From: Leptospira sp.
Lineage (GTDB): Bacteria > Spirochaetota > Leptospiria > Leptospirales > Leptospiraceae
Reading direction: 5' to 3'
NCBI GenBank assembly: GCA_034439575.1
Contig: JAWXAQ010000020.1
Location: 1 to 64,000, forward strand
DNA length: 64,000 nucleotides
The notes below the pieces were generated by a model that had not been told where the DNA came from, did not search any database, and saw only the letters and a program-made list of their open reading frames with translations. Below are positions 30,320-41,167 of this stretch, in pieces (position 1 is the stretch's first letter; each line of letters begins with the position of its first letter). The translations under genes were made by a program, and so were the position numbers.

Positions 30320-31780
30320 TTAGCAAGAATAAGTTGTAAGGAATTCGTATGGGTGAGGTCTACCTTCCCATGGCCAAATTTCTGTTTCGAACTTATAGTG
30401 TTGGTAAGTTTGAATGAAAGTTTCAGTCATCACATTACCTTGTTTAAACACTTCTTTTTGAACTAACATTTCTTCTACTGCTTCACGTAAAGTGTGAGGC
30501 ATTTGACGAATTCCTTTTTCACGGATTTCATCCAAAGAAAGTTCAAATAGATCTTCCTCGCGTGGAGGACCTGGATCTAATTTTTCTTTAATTCCAGATA
30601 ATCCAGCCATTAACATTGAACTAAATGCTAAATACGGATTGGCAGTGGAATCAGGGAAACGGAATTCTACGCGAATTGCTTTTTCTCCACTAACAAATGG
30701 AATACGGCAAGAAGCAGATCTGTTTTGAGCAGAATATGTCAAAATAGAAGGGGCTTCAAAACCAGGTATGAGTCGTTTGTAAGAATTTGTTGATGCATTT
30801 GTAAATGCTGCACAAGCTCTTGCATACTTTAATACACCTGCTACGTAGTTAAGTGCAAGGTCGGATAAACCTTGGTATTTTCCACCAGCAAATAAATTTT
30901 TACCATCTTTCCATAATGATTGGTGAACGTGCATACCGTTACCATTATCACCAAACAAAGGTTTTGGCATGAAAGTCGCTGTTTTGCCGTGTTTATGGGC
31001 AATCATTTTCACTACATACTTTAACTTTTGAACGTTATCTGCGGCTTCAATGAGAGTTCCAAATTTGACACCGATTTCACCTTGTGCTTGCGCTACTTCA
31101 TGGTGAACCACAAAAGTTTCCATACCGATAGCTTCTAGAGTTTTTACGAACTCGGCACGTAAGTCAACTTGAGAGTCAACAGGAGCAACTGGGAAGTAAC
31201 CACCTTTAGTTCCAGGTCTGTGACCTGAGTTAAAGTTGATTTTACCAGTATTGTTATTTCCTGGAATTTCTGTGTGAGTGTTCCAAATACCTTCGTTAGA
31301 ATCTAATTCATAAGATTGGCAATTGATTTCATCTCTTACTTTTAAACTATCAAAAACGAAAAATTCATTTTCAGGTCCAAAGAAAGCTGTATCAGCAATG
31401 CCAGTAGTCTTCATATATTCTAAGGCTTTTTTCGCTATAGAACGTGGGCATTTTTCATAATATTCTTTTTTGTAAATGTCCCATACATCGCAGAACATAA
31501 CAAGTGTTTTGTCTGCAGTGAATGGATCTAAAAAAGATGATCCGATATCTGGGTGAAGTTGCATATCAGATGCATTGATTGGCTGCCATCTTGCGATAGA
31601 AGATCCATCGAATGGGATTCCTTTAAAAGTGTCTTCATTGACCGAATTCACATAATAAGAAACGTGGTGCCATATACCTTTGATGTCCGTAAAACGAAAA
31701 TCAAAGAATAAAACGCCAGCTTTTTTGGCGAACTCAACTACTTCCTTTCCGGAAGTAAATTTTGGTGTAGCGAACTGCAT
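30320..31780 (-). CDS. glnA: Glutamine synthetase type I
   Basis: [52 protein letters not shown]. Confidence 0.97.
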   Translation of the reverse strand: MQFATPKFTSGKEVVEFAKKAGVLFFDFRFTDIKGIWHHVSYYVNSVNEDTFKGIPFDGSSIARWQPINASDMQLHPDIGSSFLDPFTADKTLVMFCDVWDIYKKEYYEKCPRSIAKKALEYMKTTGIADTAFFGPENEFFVFDSLKVRDEINCQSYELDSNEGIWNTHTEIPGNNNTGKINFNSGHRPGTKGGYFPVAPVDSQVDLRAEFVKTLEAIGMETFVVHHEVAQAQGEIGVKFGTLIEAADNVQKLKYVVKMIAHKHGKTATFMPKPLFGDNGNGMHVHQSLWKDGKNLFAGGKYQGLSDLALNYVAGVLKYARACAAFTNASTNSYKRLIPGFEAPSILTYSAQNRSASCRIPFVSGEKAIRVEFRFPDSTANPYLAFSSMLMAGLSGIKEKLDPGPPREEDLFELSLDEIREKGIRQMPHTLREAVEEMLVQKEVFKQGNVMTETFIQTYQHYKFETEIWPWEGRPHPYEFLTTYSC

Positions 31781-31837
31781 TTATCTCTCCTTTTTTCAGA
31801 GGTTCGTATCTGATTCTAATCTGGTTGCTTCCCAGAT

Positions 31838-31853
31838 TGCAAGATTTATACCA
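31838..31853 (-). promoter_or_regulatory. Putative sigma54 (-24/-12) promoter of glnA
   Basis: Minus strand TGGTATAAATCTTGCA = GG-N10-GC, about 60 nt upstream of the glnA ATG. Confidence 0.7.
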
Positions 31854-31994
31854 TTTTCGGAATCCCTTATTTTAAGGGATTCGTGGAGTTTCTAAGCAAA
31901 GTGCAATTAAAACATTGCTCATCAAGAGAGCATTACGTACTTATTTTATGCAAAATGAGTATAATTTAATCAAAATGTCGATGATTTTAAGATT

Positions 31995-32396
31995 TTAAAA
32001 ACCAATGTTTTTGATCTTTTCGAGAATAAATTTTGTTATCGGTTTGGAAATAAAATCTTTTACAAAAGAATACTTTGATGCTCTTTCTTTGTCTTCTGGA
32101 TCAACAGAAGATGTCAGAATGTACACTTTTGTATCAGGAAAGTGTAATATATATTTCAAATGGAAAGTTTCTAAAAATCCCCATCCATCCACAACAGGCA
32201 TATTCAAATCTAAGAATACAATACTTGGATAGATACTTTCATTCGCAATTAGTGGAAGCAGGGATTCATAATATTGAAGTGCTTCTTCTCCATTTGTTTT
32301 AGTAATTGTTTGGTCACAAAACTTTGATTGTTTGAGTAGTATAGATTGTATTCCCAGGGCAATAGGGTCGTCATCAACGCATAACACAGATTTCAT
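31995..32396 (-). CDS. Single-domain response regulator
   Basis: VDDD, FLDLNMP (phospho-Asp), LTSS, SKP. Confidence 0.92.
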   Translation of the reverse strand: MKSVLCVDDDPIALGIQSILLKQSKFCDQTITKTNGEEALQYYESLLPLIANESIYPSIVFLDLNMPVVDGWGFLETFHLKYILHFPDTKVYILTSSVDPEDKERASKYSFVKDFISKPITKFILEKIKNIGF

Positions 32397-32399
32397 ATT

Positions 32400-35300
32400 T
32401 TAATTCCTAAAACAAATTACAAATTTAGTTCCAACATCCACGGAACTTTGTACTTCGATCGAACCGCCAAGAGATTCGACTTGAGATTTTACAAGATAGA
32501 GGCCTAGACCTTTGCTATCTGGAAAATTATGAAAACGTTGGTATAATCCAAAAATTTTATTTTTATTTCTTATTAAATCTATTCCTAAGCCATTATCCTC
32601 AAAAATAAGTTTTGTTATATTGTCTTCCTTGTATGATTTGATATTTATAATCAGTTTGCGATTTGAGGATCTATACTTTAAAGAATTGGTTAATAAATTC
32701 ATTAAAATACTTTCAAGATAAGCACGACTAAAAATTATATTTGGTGCGGCTTCAAAATTGACTTCGAGTTCGCAATTTGCCGAAGCGATTAAATTTTGTA
32801 TTTGGGTTGTTACTTCTAATAGTATAGATTCGAAAGAAACTTCCACTTGTTCTGTAGCGGGGCTATCTTTGATTATTAAAATTTTAATTAAATCGTTCAC
32901 TGTTTGGTTTAAGAGATTCGTGGATATTCTTAATCCGTTTAAGAGTTCCAATAGCAAAGGGTCTTCAATTGTAAAATCTTCTATAATATTTAATGCACCT
33001 ACTAAATTTGATAAAGGGGCTCGTAAGTTATGCGAAGTGATGTATGTAAATTGTCTCAAGTCTTTATTGTTTTGAGTAAGTTCATGAATCAATTTTTCTT
33101 TTTCATCAATTTGTAACTTTCGTTTTGTGACATCTTTCTCGATTGCAATCCAATGAGTAAACCAACCCGTTTCATTTGCTAGCGGGAATATGGAAAATTC
33201 ATTCCAAAACGTCTCCCCATTTTTTTTGTAATTTATGACTTGGATTTCGCATGGTTCCCACTTAGTCATTGCTAACTTAAGTTTAGCTAATTCCTTTTGA
33301 TTTGTCTCCGGACCTTGGAGAATTCTAGGAGTTTTGCCGATTAGTTCTTCTCTATCGTAGCCTGTAATTTTGAGTAGTGCATCGTTTACATAAACTATTT
33401 TTGGACCTGGATGATCAATCGGTTCTGCTTCTGTAATTATAACTCCGTCAGACGAATTTGTGATGACTGATTCTAAAAGATTTAGGCGATGTTCTTCAGC
33501 TTTTGATTTGGTAATATCTTGCATGGCTCCGACCATACGAATCGGAATCCCATTTTCTCCTCGAATTAAAAAACTTCTATCAATGACGGATGCATAATCT
33601 CCGTTCTTTTTTTTGTAACGATATTGAAGTTCAAGTAAACTTTCTTTGCCAGAATAAATATGATCATTTAACGATTCAAGTACACGTTCATGATCATCTA
33701 TATGTACATTATTTCTCCATTGTTCAAAATTTAATTTCTGGTTTTTAGTATCATAGCCAAAAATATTTTGAAAACCCTCACCCCAAAAAAGTGTATTTTG
33801 GATCATATCCCAATCCCATATCGCATCATTTGTTGCCTTGGTTAAATAACTGTATCTTTCGTTGGCAATGCGCATGGATTCCGAAGCATGTTTTCTATCG
33901 GAAATATCTAATACGGAAGTAACTTTATAACGACTACCATCAGAATCAACTAACAGTTCTGAGTTGGTGTAGGCATCAAATGTTTCACCGATTGCTCTTG
34001 TCGCCGTTGTTTCTGTTGGTTGGGATTCTCCGTCTATAATGAATTTTTTGAATATAATTTCATAATAGGCCCATTCTTTTTTGGGTATTATAATGGTGAA
34101 ATGTTTGCCGATTAATTCAGATTTTGGGATTTTATATATTTCGCAAAAAGATTGATTCACATTTGTAAAAATTCCGTTTTGGTCTGTGATCGAAATCCCT
34201 ACTGGGACAGCATTAAATATTGATTTAAGTAAGTTTTCCGTTTTACGTAAGTTAGATTCTATGACTTTTGTGAATGTAATATCCAAAAGAGATATAGAAA
34301 CAATACTCAATTGCTTTGATATATCTAATACTGGTGTGAAGTTATAGGCAAAGTAGATTGCGTCTATTGTATTTTCATTTAAAACTATTTCTCCAAAACT
34401 CATTTCACCTTGGTTGAGCTTGATTAAATCATTTTCTAAATTTGGAAAAAGATTTTTATTGATTAATTGGAGAAAGTTCTCACCAATATTAAGTTTGGTT
34501 TTGAAATGCTGCGTAAAAGTGGCATCTGCCTTTTGATTAAATGAGATTATATTAAAATTATTAGCGGTTAATATAAAGGACTGCAAAGAATTTTTAAGTA
34601 ATGCTGTTTGGCTTGCTTCTCTTGTTTTTAATAAATTGTCTTTTAATTCTAATTCATCATTTGCAATTTTTAATTCCGTATAGGCGATTTGTATTTCCTC
34701 GTTTGTCGAAAGTAATTCTTCCAGACTTGTTTCCAGTTCTTCGTTTGAGGATTGCAATTCTTCATTTGTGCTTTGAACTTCTTCATTTAAGTTTTGTAAC
34801 TCTTCATTGGAAGATTCAAGTTCTTTGATATAAATCTTTAGATGTTTTTTTGTTTCTTCTAATTCTTTTTCTAATGTAATGATTTTTTCATTATAATCTG
34901 TATCAGAATTAACCATAGCATTAGGTGTTACAAGGGCTCTTTCTAAATAATATTCAAAAATCACAAGATACAAATCGGAATTTAAAATCGGTTTAACTTT
35001 TATAAATAAATTGTAAAGGGAGTTGTTTAAAGGAAATCGTATGCTATCACTCAATTGATTCGATTTTTCTCGGAAAGCATTGATAATCGTATAACGCAAA
35101 ATGATCTGAAATTCAGGGCGAGACATTTTGATGATATTTGTATTCATCTCGCCTTCGGGTAAACCAAGAAAGGGACTTACATCACCAATTATTTGTTCTA
35201 CGGAGAAAGTTTCATTTATAATTACATATGGATAGTCGTATTCATTGAAGAGAGTATCTTTTACTCTTTCTTTGATAGGTGGCAATGTATTGTTGTCGAA

Positions 35301-36788
35301 ATTTGAAAATTTTTGTTTTGGCAAATAAATTAAAGGTGTATTTCCTGTTAAACGTAGAGAACGTTTGACTCCTCCGCTTTTTCGAATGTATATTTTGTTT
35401 TTTGAGTCTATCGTTGTAAAAAGATTGGAGAAGTTTCCTATGGATTCCGACTTCCCCAAAAACAAAATACCATTTGGGTTTAAGGCATAATGAAATCTAG
35501 GAATAATTTTTTGTTGCAAATCATTACTAAAATAAATTAATAAATTTCTACAGACCACCAAATCTAATTTCATAAAAGGTGGGTGAGTGGTTAAATCGTG
35601 ATTTGTGAAAAGTAAAAATCCTCTGATGAATTTTGAAATTTCAAATGTATCATTATTTTGAATAAAATAATCATTGTTATCTATTGATTTGAAAAAATGA
35701 ATCGAGGAATTTGGATAAATGCCTCGTCTAGCAATCGATATAGATCTATCATCAATGTCTGTAGCAAATATTTGAACGGTAAAATCCGAAATTTTTTCAC
35801 CCAATAAATTAACAAGTAAAGTTGCAATGCTATATGCTTCTTCCCCAGTAGAACAACCAGGCGCCCAAATCCGTATGGAATCACCTTTCGATTTACTTTT
35901 TATAATATTGCTGATTTGTTTTTCAAGACTTACGAAAGCTTCTTCATCACGATAAAAGGAAGTCACTCCTATAAGAAAGGTATCAAATAAAGATTGATAT
36001 TCTTCGGTATGATCATCTAAGAATTTTTTATATTCTTTGATGTCTTCTAAATTTAAAGCATCGATTCGTTTTTCGATTCTGCGAACAATTGTAGATTGTT
36101 TATAGTTGGAAAAATCTGTTCCTTTAATCTTTGTTAAATTCTTTAAAATTTCTAAAAGTAAATCATTTCCAATGTTAGATTTATTTTGAACCCAAACATT
36201 TGAACTTTTAACTGGGAGTAATTCAAAAAGTTTTAGTCCTATCATATCAGGCACAAAAATATATTTTATAAAACCGGTTTCAATTGCCGAAACGGGCATA
36301 CCATCAAATTTTGCTGATTTTGGATCTTCGGCTATGGTAGTGCCACCAAATTCGCGTATGGCGATAATACCTTTTGAACCATCTTTGCCCGTGCCAGATA
36401 AAATAATTCCGACCGCCTCTTCCTTGTATTCCTTGGCTATAGATTCGAATAACAGATCGATTGAAGGTTTGGGGGAATTTTGGTTGTTAGGTTTTGATAA
36501 AACAATTCTTTCATTTTCGACACTGATATCAGTATCTGCAGGCGAAATATATATATTTCCGAGTTCTAGAACCATTCCATGATGTGCTTCTCTCACTGGA
36601 TAATGGGAAGCTTTTCCAAGTAAACTCACTAGAGTACTTTTATACGTAGGACTCAAGTGTTGGGCAATGATCATAACAAAATCTTTTCTATTTTCTGGGA
36701 TCTGGGCTATAAATCTTTTGAGTGATTCTAAACCGCCAGACGATGCTCCGACTCCTATCAAATAGTATGATTCTTTTATATCTGCCAT
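32400..36788 (-). CDS. CheB-CheR fusion with multiple PAS domains and a C-terminal histidine kinase
   Basis: CheB GASSGG/QHL/GTGKDG; CheR GCSTGEE and CRNLLIY; NEELQS heptads; PAS/PAC; H-box SHNLRAPL, DNGLG, GLGL. Confidence 0.92.
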   Translation of the reverse strand: MADIKESYYLIGVGASSGGLESLKRFIAQIPENRKDFVMIIAQHLSPTYKSTLVSLLGKASHYPVREAHHGMVLELGNIYISPADTDISVENERIVLSKPNNQNSPKPSIDLLFESIAKEYKEEAVGIILSGTGKDGSKGIIAIREFGGTTIAEDPKSAKFDGMPVSAIETGFIKYIFVPDMIGLKLFELLPVKSSNVWVQNKSNIGNDLLLEILKNLTKIKGTDFSNYKQSTIVRRIEKRIDALNLEDIKEYKKFLDDHTEEYQSLFDTFLIGVTSFYRDEEAFVSLEKQISNIIKSKSKGDSIRIWAPGCSTGEEAYSIATLLVNLLGEKISDFTVQIFATDIDDRSISIARRGIYPNSSIHFFKSIDNNDYFIQNNDTFEISKFIRGFLLFTNHDLTTHPPFMKLDLVVCRNLLIYFSNDLQQKIIPRFHYALNPNGILFLGKSESIGNFSNLFTTIDSKNKIYIRKSGGVKRSLRLTGNTPLIYLPKQKFSNFDNNTLPPIKERVKDTLFNEYDYPYVIINETFSVEQIIGDVSPFLGLPEGEMNTNIIKMSRPEFQIILRYTIINAFREKSNQLSDSIRFPLNNSLYNLFIKVKPILNSDLYLVIFEYYLERALVTPNAMVNSDTDYNEKIITLEKELEETKKHLKIYIKELESSNEELQNLNEEVQSTNEELQSSNEELETSLEELLSTNEEIQIAYTELKIANDELELKDNLLKTREASQTALLKNSLQSFILTANNFNIISFNQKADATFTQHFKTKLNIGENFLQLINKNLFPNLENDLIKLNQGEMSFGEIVLNENTIDAIYFAYNFTPVLDISKQLSIVSISLLDITFTKVIESNLRKTENLLKSIFNAVPVGISITDQNGIFTNVNQSFCEIYKIPKSELIGKHFTIIIPKKEWAYYEIIFKKFIIDGESQPTETTATRAIGETFDAYTNSELLVDSDGSRYKVTSVLDISDRKHASESMRIANERYSYLTKATNDAIWDWDMIQNTLFWGEGFQNIFGYDTKNQKLNFEQWRNNVHIDDHERVLESLNDHIYSGKESLLELQYRYKKKNGDYASVIDRSFLIRGENGIPIRMVGAMQDITKSKAEEHRLNLLESVITNSSDGVIITEAEPIDHPGPKIVYVNDALLKITGYDREELIGKTPRILQGPETNQKELAKLKLAMTKWEPCEIQVINYKKNGETFWNEFSIFPLANETGWFTHWIAIEKDVTKRKLQIDEKEKLIHELTQNNKDLRQFTYITSHNLRAPLSNLVGALNIIEDFTIEDPLLLELLNGLRISTNLLNQTVNDLIKILIIKDSPATEQVEVSFESILLEVTTQIQNLIASANCELEVNFEAAPNIIFSRAYLESILMNLLTNSLKYRSSNRKLIINIKSYKEDNITKLIFEDNGLGIDLIRNKNKIFGLYQRFHNFPDSKGLGLYLVKSQVESLGGSIEVQSSVDVGTKFVICFRN

Positions 36789-36969
36789 GCCTTGAATGAT
36801 GAATTATCTAGATATGGCGAATTCAAATATTCAATACATTAAAAGTAATTTTCCGTTTAAATCTTCGTTTTAAATTATCGGGATTTGTTGCGTTAGATTC
36901 TTGAACCAACCTAAAAAAATAGGAAGTTTTCAATTTTATTCCTTTTTATAATGATGCTAAAGTTTTTTT

Positions 36970-38748
36970 ATGGAAGATTGTTTAATCCATGGAAATGTTG
37001 AGATAATGCTCATCCATGGTGACATTTCTGATCGTATCCAAAGATTAGATAGTTTTATCACACTCAGTTCTGATCCTATTTGGTGTTACGAATTGGATGT
37101 CCCTATGACTCTCACTCTTTCTGCCGAAGAACAGGCCAAATATCTCTTTGAACATAGCATCATAAAAGAATGCAATCTGGCGACAGCCAAAATGTACGGA
37201 TTTGATTCCGTAAATCAAATGATAGACAAATATGTGAAAGATCTGATTCCTCTAACAGACCTTAGTCCTCTCATTCGTTTTGTTGAATCTGGTTATGAAT
37301 TAATCAATGAAGAATATATCGAGGTCCTTGAATTTAATAAAAAAAGGCATTTTATTCTAACTGTAAAAGGCCAAATAGAAGACAACAAATTCATTCGTTC
37401 TTGGGGCCAACAAAAAGATATAACTTTGATTAGAGAATCAGAAGAGAAATTAAATGAACTTCTTACCCATTCGAGAATCATCGGCGAAATTTCAAAGTTA
37501 TTTGTTTGTTCCAGGCCAGAAGAAATAGATAAAACAGTCATTTCCGCCTTTTCAAAGATAGGTGAATTTCTTAATTCAGATGCAATTTTACTTAGTGAAA
37601 TCTTAAACGACAAAACACATATGTCAGTTCATTATGAATGGACTAGGAAAGAGATTCCATCTATTAAAAAAACATACCAAAAACTTCCAGTCATTTCTAT
37701 GTTACCAGAAGATGTTGGCATATTGGCAAATAAAGGATTTTTGATTTATCCTGATATAGAAACACTTCCGAAAGAATCCTGGATTCGAGAGATGTCTGAA
37801 GTGAATCAGATTCGTTCACTTATGTTAGTTGGATTGAAAAATGAAGGAAATTTGATCGGTATTCTCGCATTCGTTAAGTTATATGAAATATTTGATTGGC
37901 CAGAATCATCTCAGAATTTAGTGGGATTAGCAGTCGATATCATTTCGCAATGCATCTTACGGGCACGGAATGAAATCAATCTCAAAAATAAAGAAAAAGC
38001 CTTAAAGGAATATTATTCAGAAATTAAGTCTGATTTGCAATTGGCAAAATTAACACAAGATGCATGGATCATGCAAGCTTTCCCTAAATACGATACTCTT
38101 CAGTTTCATTCTTTTTTTGTACCGATAGGGGATATAGGTGGTGATTTAATTTTATATAATGTCCCAAAGAGTGATTTCATAGATATCTTGTTTGGTGATA
38201 TTTCAGGCCATGGTATTTCATCTGCTTTGATATCAGGCATTATCACCATGACTTTCAAACGCTTATCAGATGAGTTTCATTCTCCCAAAGAATTGCTCCA
38301 AAATTTGGAAAAGGAATTATGTTTCTCGATTGATAGAAATCATTTAAGTTGTTGTTTATTAAGGATTAATATTAAAACTTTAGAAGCTTCTTTTTGTTTT
38401 GCCGGTCATCCACCCCTCATCACTTGGAACAAATCAAACCCTATAAAAACACAACAGATCTTTTCTGCCAATTACCCACTATTACTTGTTAATGATTGGA
38501 TTGGTCACGAAATCAATTACCAATTTCAGAAAGGGGATTCTTTATTTCTTTATTCGGATGGGATTTATGAAATTGAAAAGGAAACGGATGGGTTTTTGGG
38601 ACTTGACTCTTTTTTGACTTCCTTAAAGTCAAAAATTCTAACAAAATCAGGGGATCATTTGATTGCTGATGTAATGAAAGATGCCATTGATGAAAATACA
38701 AAACGAATTTATGATGATATCGCTTTATTGTTAATAGAATTTAGTTAA
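36970..38748 (+). CDS. PAS/GAF-containing SpoIIE/PP2C-type Ser/Thr phosphatase
   Basis: GGDL, GDISGHG, AGHPP, YSDG, DDIA; upstream GAF-like region (YEW). Confidence 0.88.
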   Translation: MEDCLIHGNVEIMLIHGDISDRIQRLDSFITLSSDPIWCYELDVPMTLTLSAEEQAKYLFEHSIIKECNLATAKMYGFDSVNQMIDKYVKDLIPLTDLSPLIRFVESGYELINEEYIEVLEFNKKRHFILTVKGQIEDNKFIRSWGQQKDITLIRESEEKLNELLTHSRIIGEISKLFVCSRPEEIDKTVISAFSKIGEFLNSDAILLSEILNDKTHMSVHYEWTRKEIPSIKKTYQKLPVISMLPEDVGILANKGFLIYPDIETLPKESWIREMSEVNQIRSLMLVGLKNEGNLIGILAFVKLYEIFDWPESSQNLVGLAVDIISQCILRARNEINLKNKEKALKEYYSEIKSDLQLAKLTQDAWIMQAFPKYDTLQFHSFFVPIGDIGGDLILYNVPKSDFIDILFGDISGHGISSALISGIITMTFKRLSDEFHSPKELLQNLEKELCFSIDRNHLSCCLLRINIKTLEASFCFAGHPPLITWNKSNPIKTQQIFSANYPLLLVNDWIGHEINYQFQKGDSLFLYSDGIYEIEKETDGFLGLDSFLTSLKSKILTKSGDHLIADVMKDAIDENTKRIYDDIALLLIEFS

Positions 38749-39500
38749 TTTTGTATATCAGCAAAATCCAATACAGGTTTGTCAGCTTCAGGATATTTTT
38801 TTAAATATTCCCCAACTATTTTTTTCTTACCATCTAACTTGGCTAAATGGTTTTCTATGATATAACCAAAATCAAGTTTGCCTGTCACAATTTCATATCT
38901 TTCTGTTTCAATCGTTCCTAAGTCTAAATCCACAGGCACTTCATTTGCCGTATCTGCGTATTCCCTTGCTTTTTCCCAATAGGGAAGAGCTTCTTTATAA
39001 AAGGCTTCTGCAATTTCAAATGAATTTTTTAATTCATGCGCAAAGTCCAAATTATAGAAATACACATGACGTTTGTCATACTGTGATGCGATTCTCATAT
39101 ATGCTCGCATGATTCCGAGATTAATATGCATAAACATCAAATTTCTATATTTATAATATCCGATTTCCGTTTTTGTCTCACATAATGCGTGTTTTGGGTG
39201 CCTGAATCGTTTGGTGAGTGCAATTTTAAGAAAGTAAATATCCTTTCTTAATTCATTTTCTTTGTAATGTTGTTTTAAATTATAAAGTTCATAATAGTCT
39301 TCTAAAAACTTTGGGTCCCATTTATGAAGTTTATAAGGAACCCAATCTGAAAATTTTGTATACGGTCCGTTTTTTTCGTATTCATAATTGTAGTCGATAT
39401 CTGTTTCCCAAGCAAAAAGGGAAAAACAAAAAAGATAGGCCAGAATCAGTAATAATTTGTAAGAAATCGAGCGGCCCATAGGATTTCTATCGGCCATCAT
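38745..39500 (-). CDS. Hypothetical exported alpha-helical protein
   Basis: Signal peptide-like N-terminus; Tyr-rich 251-aa ORF downstream of the response regulator. Confidence 0.7.
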   Translation of the reverse strand: MMADRNPMGRSISYKLLLILAYLFCFSLFAWETDIDYNYEYEKNGPYTKFSDWVPYKLHKWDPKFLEDYYELYNLKQHYKENELRKDIYFLKIALTKRFRHPKHALCETKTEIGYYKYRNLMFMHINLGIMRAYMRIASQYDKRHVYFYNLDFAHELKNSFEIAEAFYKEALPYWEKAREYADTANEVPVDLDLGTIETERYEIVTGKLDFGYIIENHLAKLDGKKKIVGEYLKKYPEADKPVLDFADIQN

Positions 39501-39527
39501 AGCAATTTGATTGAGGCTAATTCGTCC

Positions 39528-40208
39528 TTATATGGCTTCTAACTTTCCTACCCATTGGTATCCCACACCTCGGACATTGCGAATTGTTTGTTCGCCCAAA
39601 TGTTCTCGTAATCGGACTATGGCGTTATCTATGGTCCTTTGTGTCGGAAAGGCATCTTCTCCCACAATTTGGTCAAGGATTTGGTCACGACTAAAAACAT
39701 GATCTGGGTCAGAGAGCAGGAGTTCTAAAAGTCCACAGTCTCTTTTTGACAAAAATATCTGTTCTCCATTGGGTTTTTTCAATGAGTATGAATCTAAATA
39801 AATTTCTATCTCGCCCGATTTCCAATTTTTTCCAAATGTTTTCATCGAACGATTGATGACTAGTTCCAAACGAATCATCAGTTCTTTTAAATGAAAGGGT
39901 TTGGGGATAAATTCATGAGCTCCCAGTTCAAAACCTTTCAATCTTTCCTGAGCTCCAGCTTGGGCTGTTAAAAATAAAAAGGGAGTCATACTTTGTTTTT
40001 CTTTGATAAACTCAGCAACGGAAAATCCATTGCCATCAGGCAATCGTAAATCAAGAATCGCCAAATCAGGTTTATGCGCTAGAAATAATGATTTTGCATC
40101 AGCACTTGTTTTTGCCCAAATGACTTTATACTTTTCTTTTTCTAATCTTTCGCGGAGAGTATCCCCTAAGGCCTCGTCGTCTTCAACAAGTAAGATGGTC
40201 GGTTTCAT
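39528..40208 (-). CDS. hemR: OmpR/PhoB-family response regulator resembling Leptospira HemR (heme metabolism)
   Basis: LVEDD, LDLRLPDG, FLTAQAGAQERL.GFELGA.EFIPKPFHLKE, winged helix RTIDNAIVRLR...VRGVGY; resembles L. biflexa HemR as I recall it. Confidence 0.75.
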   Translation of the reverse strand: MKPTILLVEDDEALGDTLRERLEKEKYKVIWAKTSADAKSLFLAHKPDLAILDLRLPDGNGFSVAEFIKEKQSMTPFLFLTAQAGAQERLKGFELGAHEFIPKPFHLKELMIRLELVINRSMKTFGKNWKSGEIEIYLDSYSLKKPNGEQIFLSKRDCGLLELLLSDPDHVFSRDQILDQIVGEDAFPTQRTIDNAIVRLREHLGEQTIRNVRGVGYQWVGKLEAI

Positions 40209-41125
40209 GTGATTTTTAATGATAATATGACGGAAAATCCCTTATCAACATTAGGAATTGTTAATTTTCCATTCATCTTGTCCATGAGTTTTTTTGCTAT
40301 ATAAAGTCCGATTCCAGTACCACTCGTTTGCGTATGTCTTTTAAAAGGTTTAGTGAGTTCTTTTCTTTTTCCATAAAAGCCTTTGCCATTATCACTAACA
40401 ATCATTGAGAATATAGTATCATCTTCATTTTCGAAATGGACTTGGATGTTAGTAGCTTGGCCATGCAAAATAGAATTTTCAAATAAATTTTTGAGAATGG
40501 AATCAAGTGCCTTTTTATCACCTTTAACTTTCCCTTGGAAATTATTTTTTGCAATTTGAACATTGGGATAATCTATTTGTAGACTATCAAATAATTCCTT
40601 AGGTGCAAACGGTTCGATATATAATTTTTCACCTTGCATGAGACTTGCTAAATAGAAAGCTTTATCCATTCTCGATTCGATACGTTTGTTTTCTTTGAGA
40701 AGTTTTTTGAATTTCTCAGTAATCGCCGAATTTGGATGGTCTTCGAGAAGTGCCTCTACTTGCAATTGAAGGCTTGCCAAGGGTGTTTTCATTTCGTGCG
40801 TGACCGTGCTAAAAAAATCAGTAATTAAAAGTGCACGTCTATAATCTCTATAAGAAAATGAGGCAAGTGTCACTCCACCAACACCTAACATAAACAAGAA
40901 AAAAGTCCCTTCCAATTTCAGCATTCGGTTGACTCTTTCTAATTCCTTATGACTTTCTTTATTAGTAGAAATCTCGGCTATGGTTCGTGCCTGCCTAAGT
41001 CCCAAAACCCACCACCATATCCCCAAAGAGAGGGTGAGAGTGAGCCAAGAAACAGCAAATATCATTCTAAATCTAGCAGATCCTTTCAATCGTTTTCGCT
41101 CCCCATACCAAAAAGAAGTTGTCAT
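40205..41125 (-). CDS. Membrane sensor histidine kinase, partner of HemR (Leptospira HemK/Hklep-like; not the HemK methyltransferase)
   Basis: Two TMs, THEMKTPL H-box, ENSILH, DNGKG, GTGIGLY; start ATG 41125 avoids overlap with fbaB. Confidence 0.8.
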   Translation of the reverse strand: MTTSFWYGERKRLKGSARFRMIFAVSWLTLTLSLGIWWWVLGLRQARTIAEISTNKESHKELERVNRMLKLEGTFFLFMLGVGGVTLASFSYRDYRRALLITDFFSTVTHEMKTPLASLQLQVEALLEDHPNSAITEKFKKLLKENKRIESRMDKAFYLASLMQGEKLYIEPFAPKELFDSLQIDYPNVQIAKNNFQGKVKGDKKALDSILKNLFENSILHGQATNIQVHFENEDDTIFSMIVSDNGKGFYGKRKELTKPFKRHTQTSGTGIGLYIAKKLMDKMNGKLTIPNVDKGFSVILSLKIT

Positions 41126-41167
41126 CTTCGCTTTGCCAGATATTTTACAAAGGCAAGGAGTAACACT

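Noticed and set aside
34640-34870. Heptad repeats (NEELQS) as a possible DNA repeat array
   Set aside because: Standard coiled coil of CheB/CheR fusion proteins
40949-41167. Long N-terminal extension of fbaB overlapping the kinase gene
   Set aside because: A good RBS plus TTG at 41168 gives a normal-length FbaB; the extension is the antisense of the kinase
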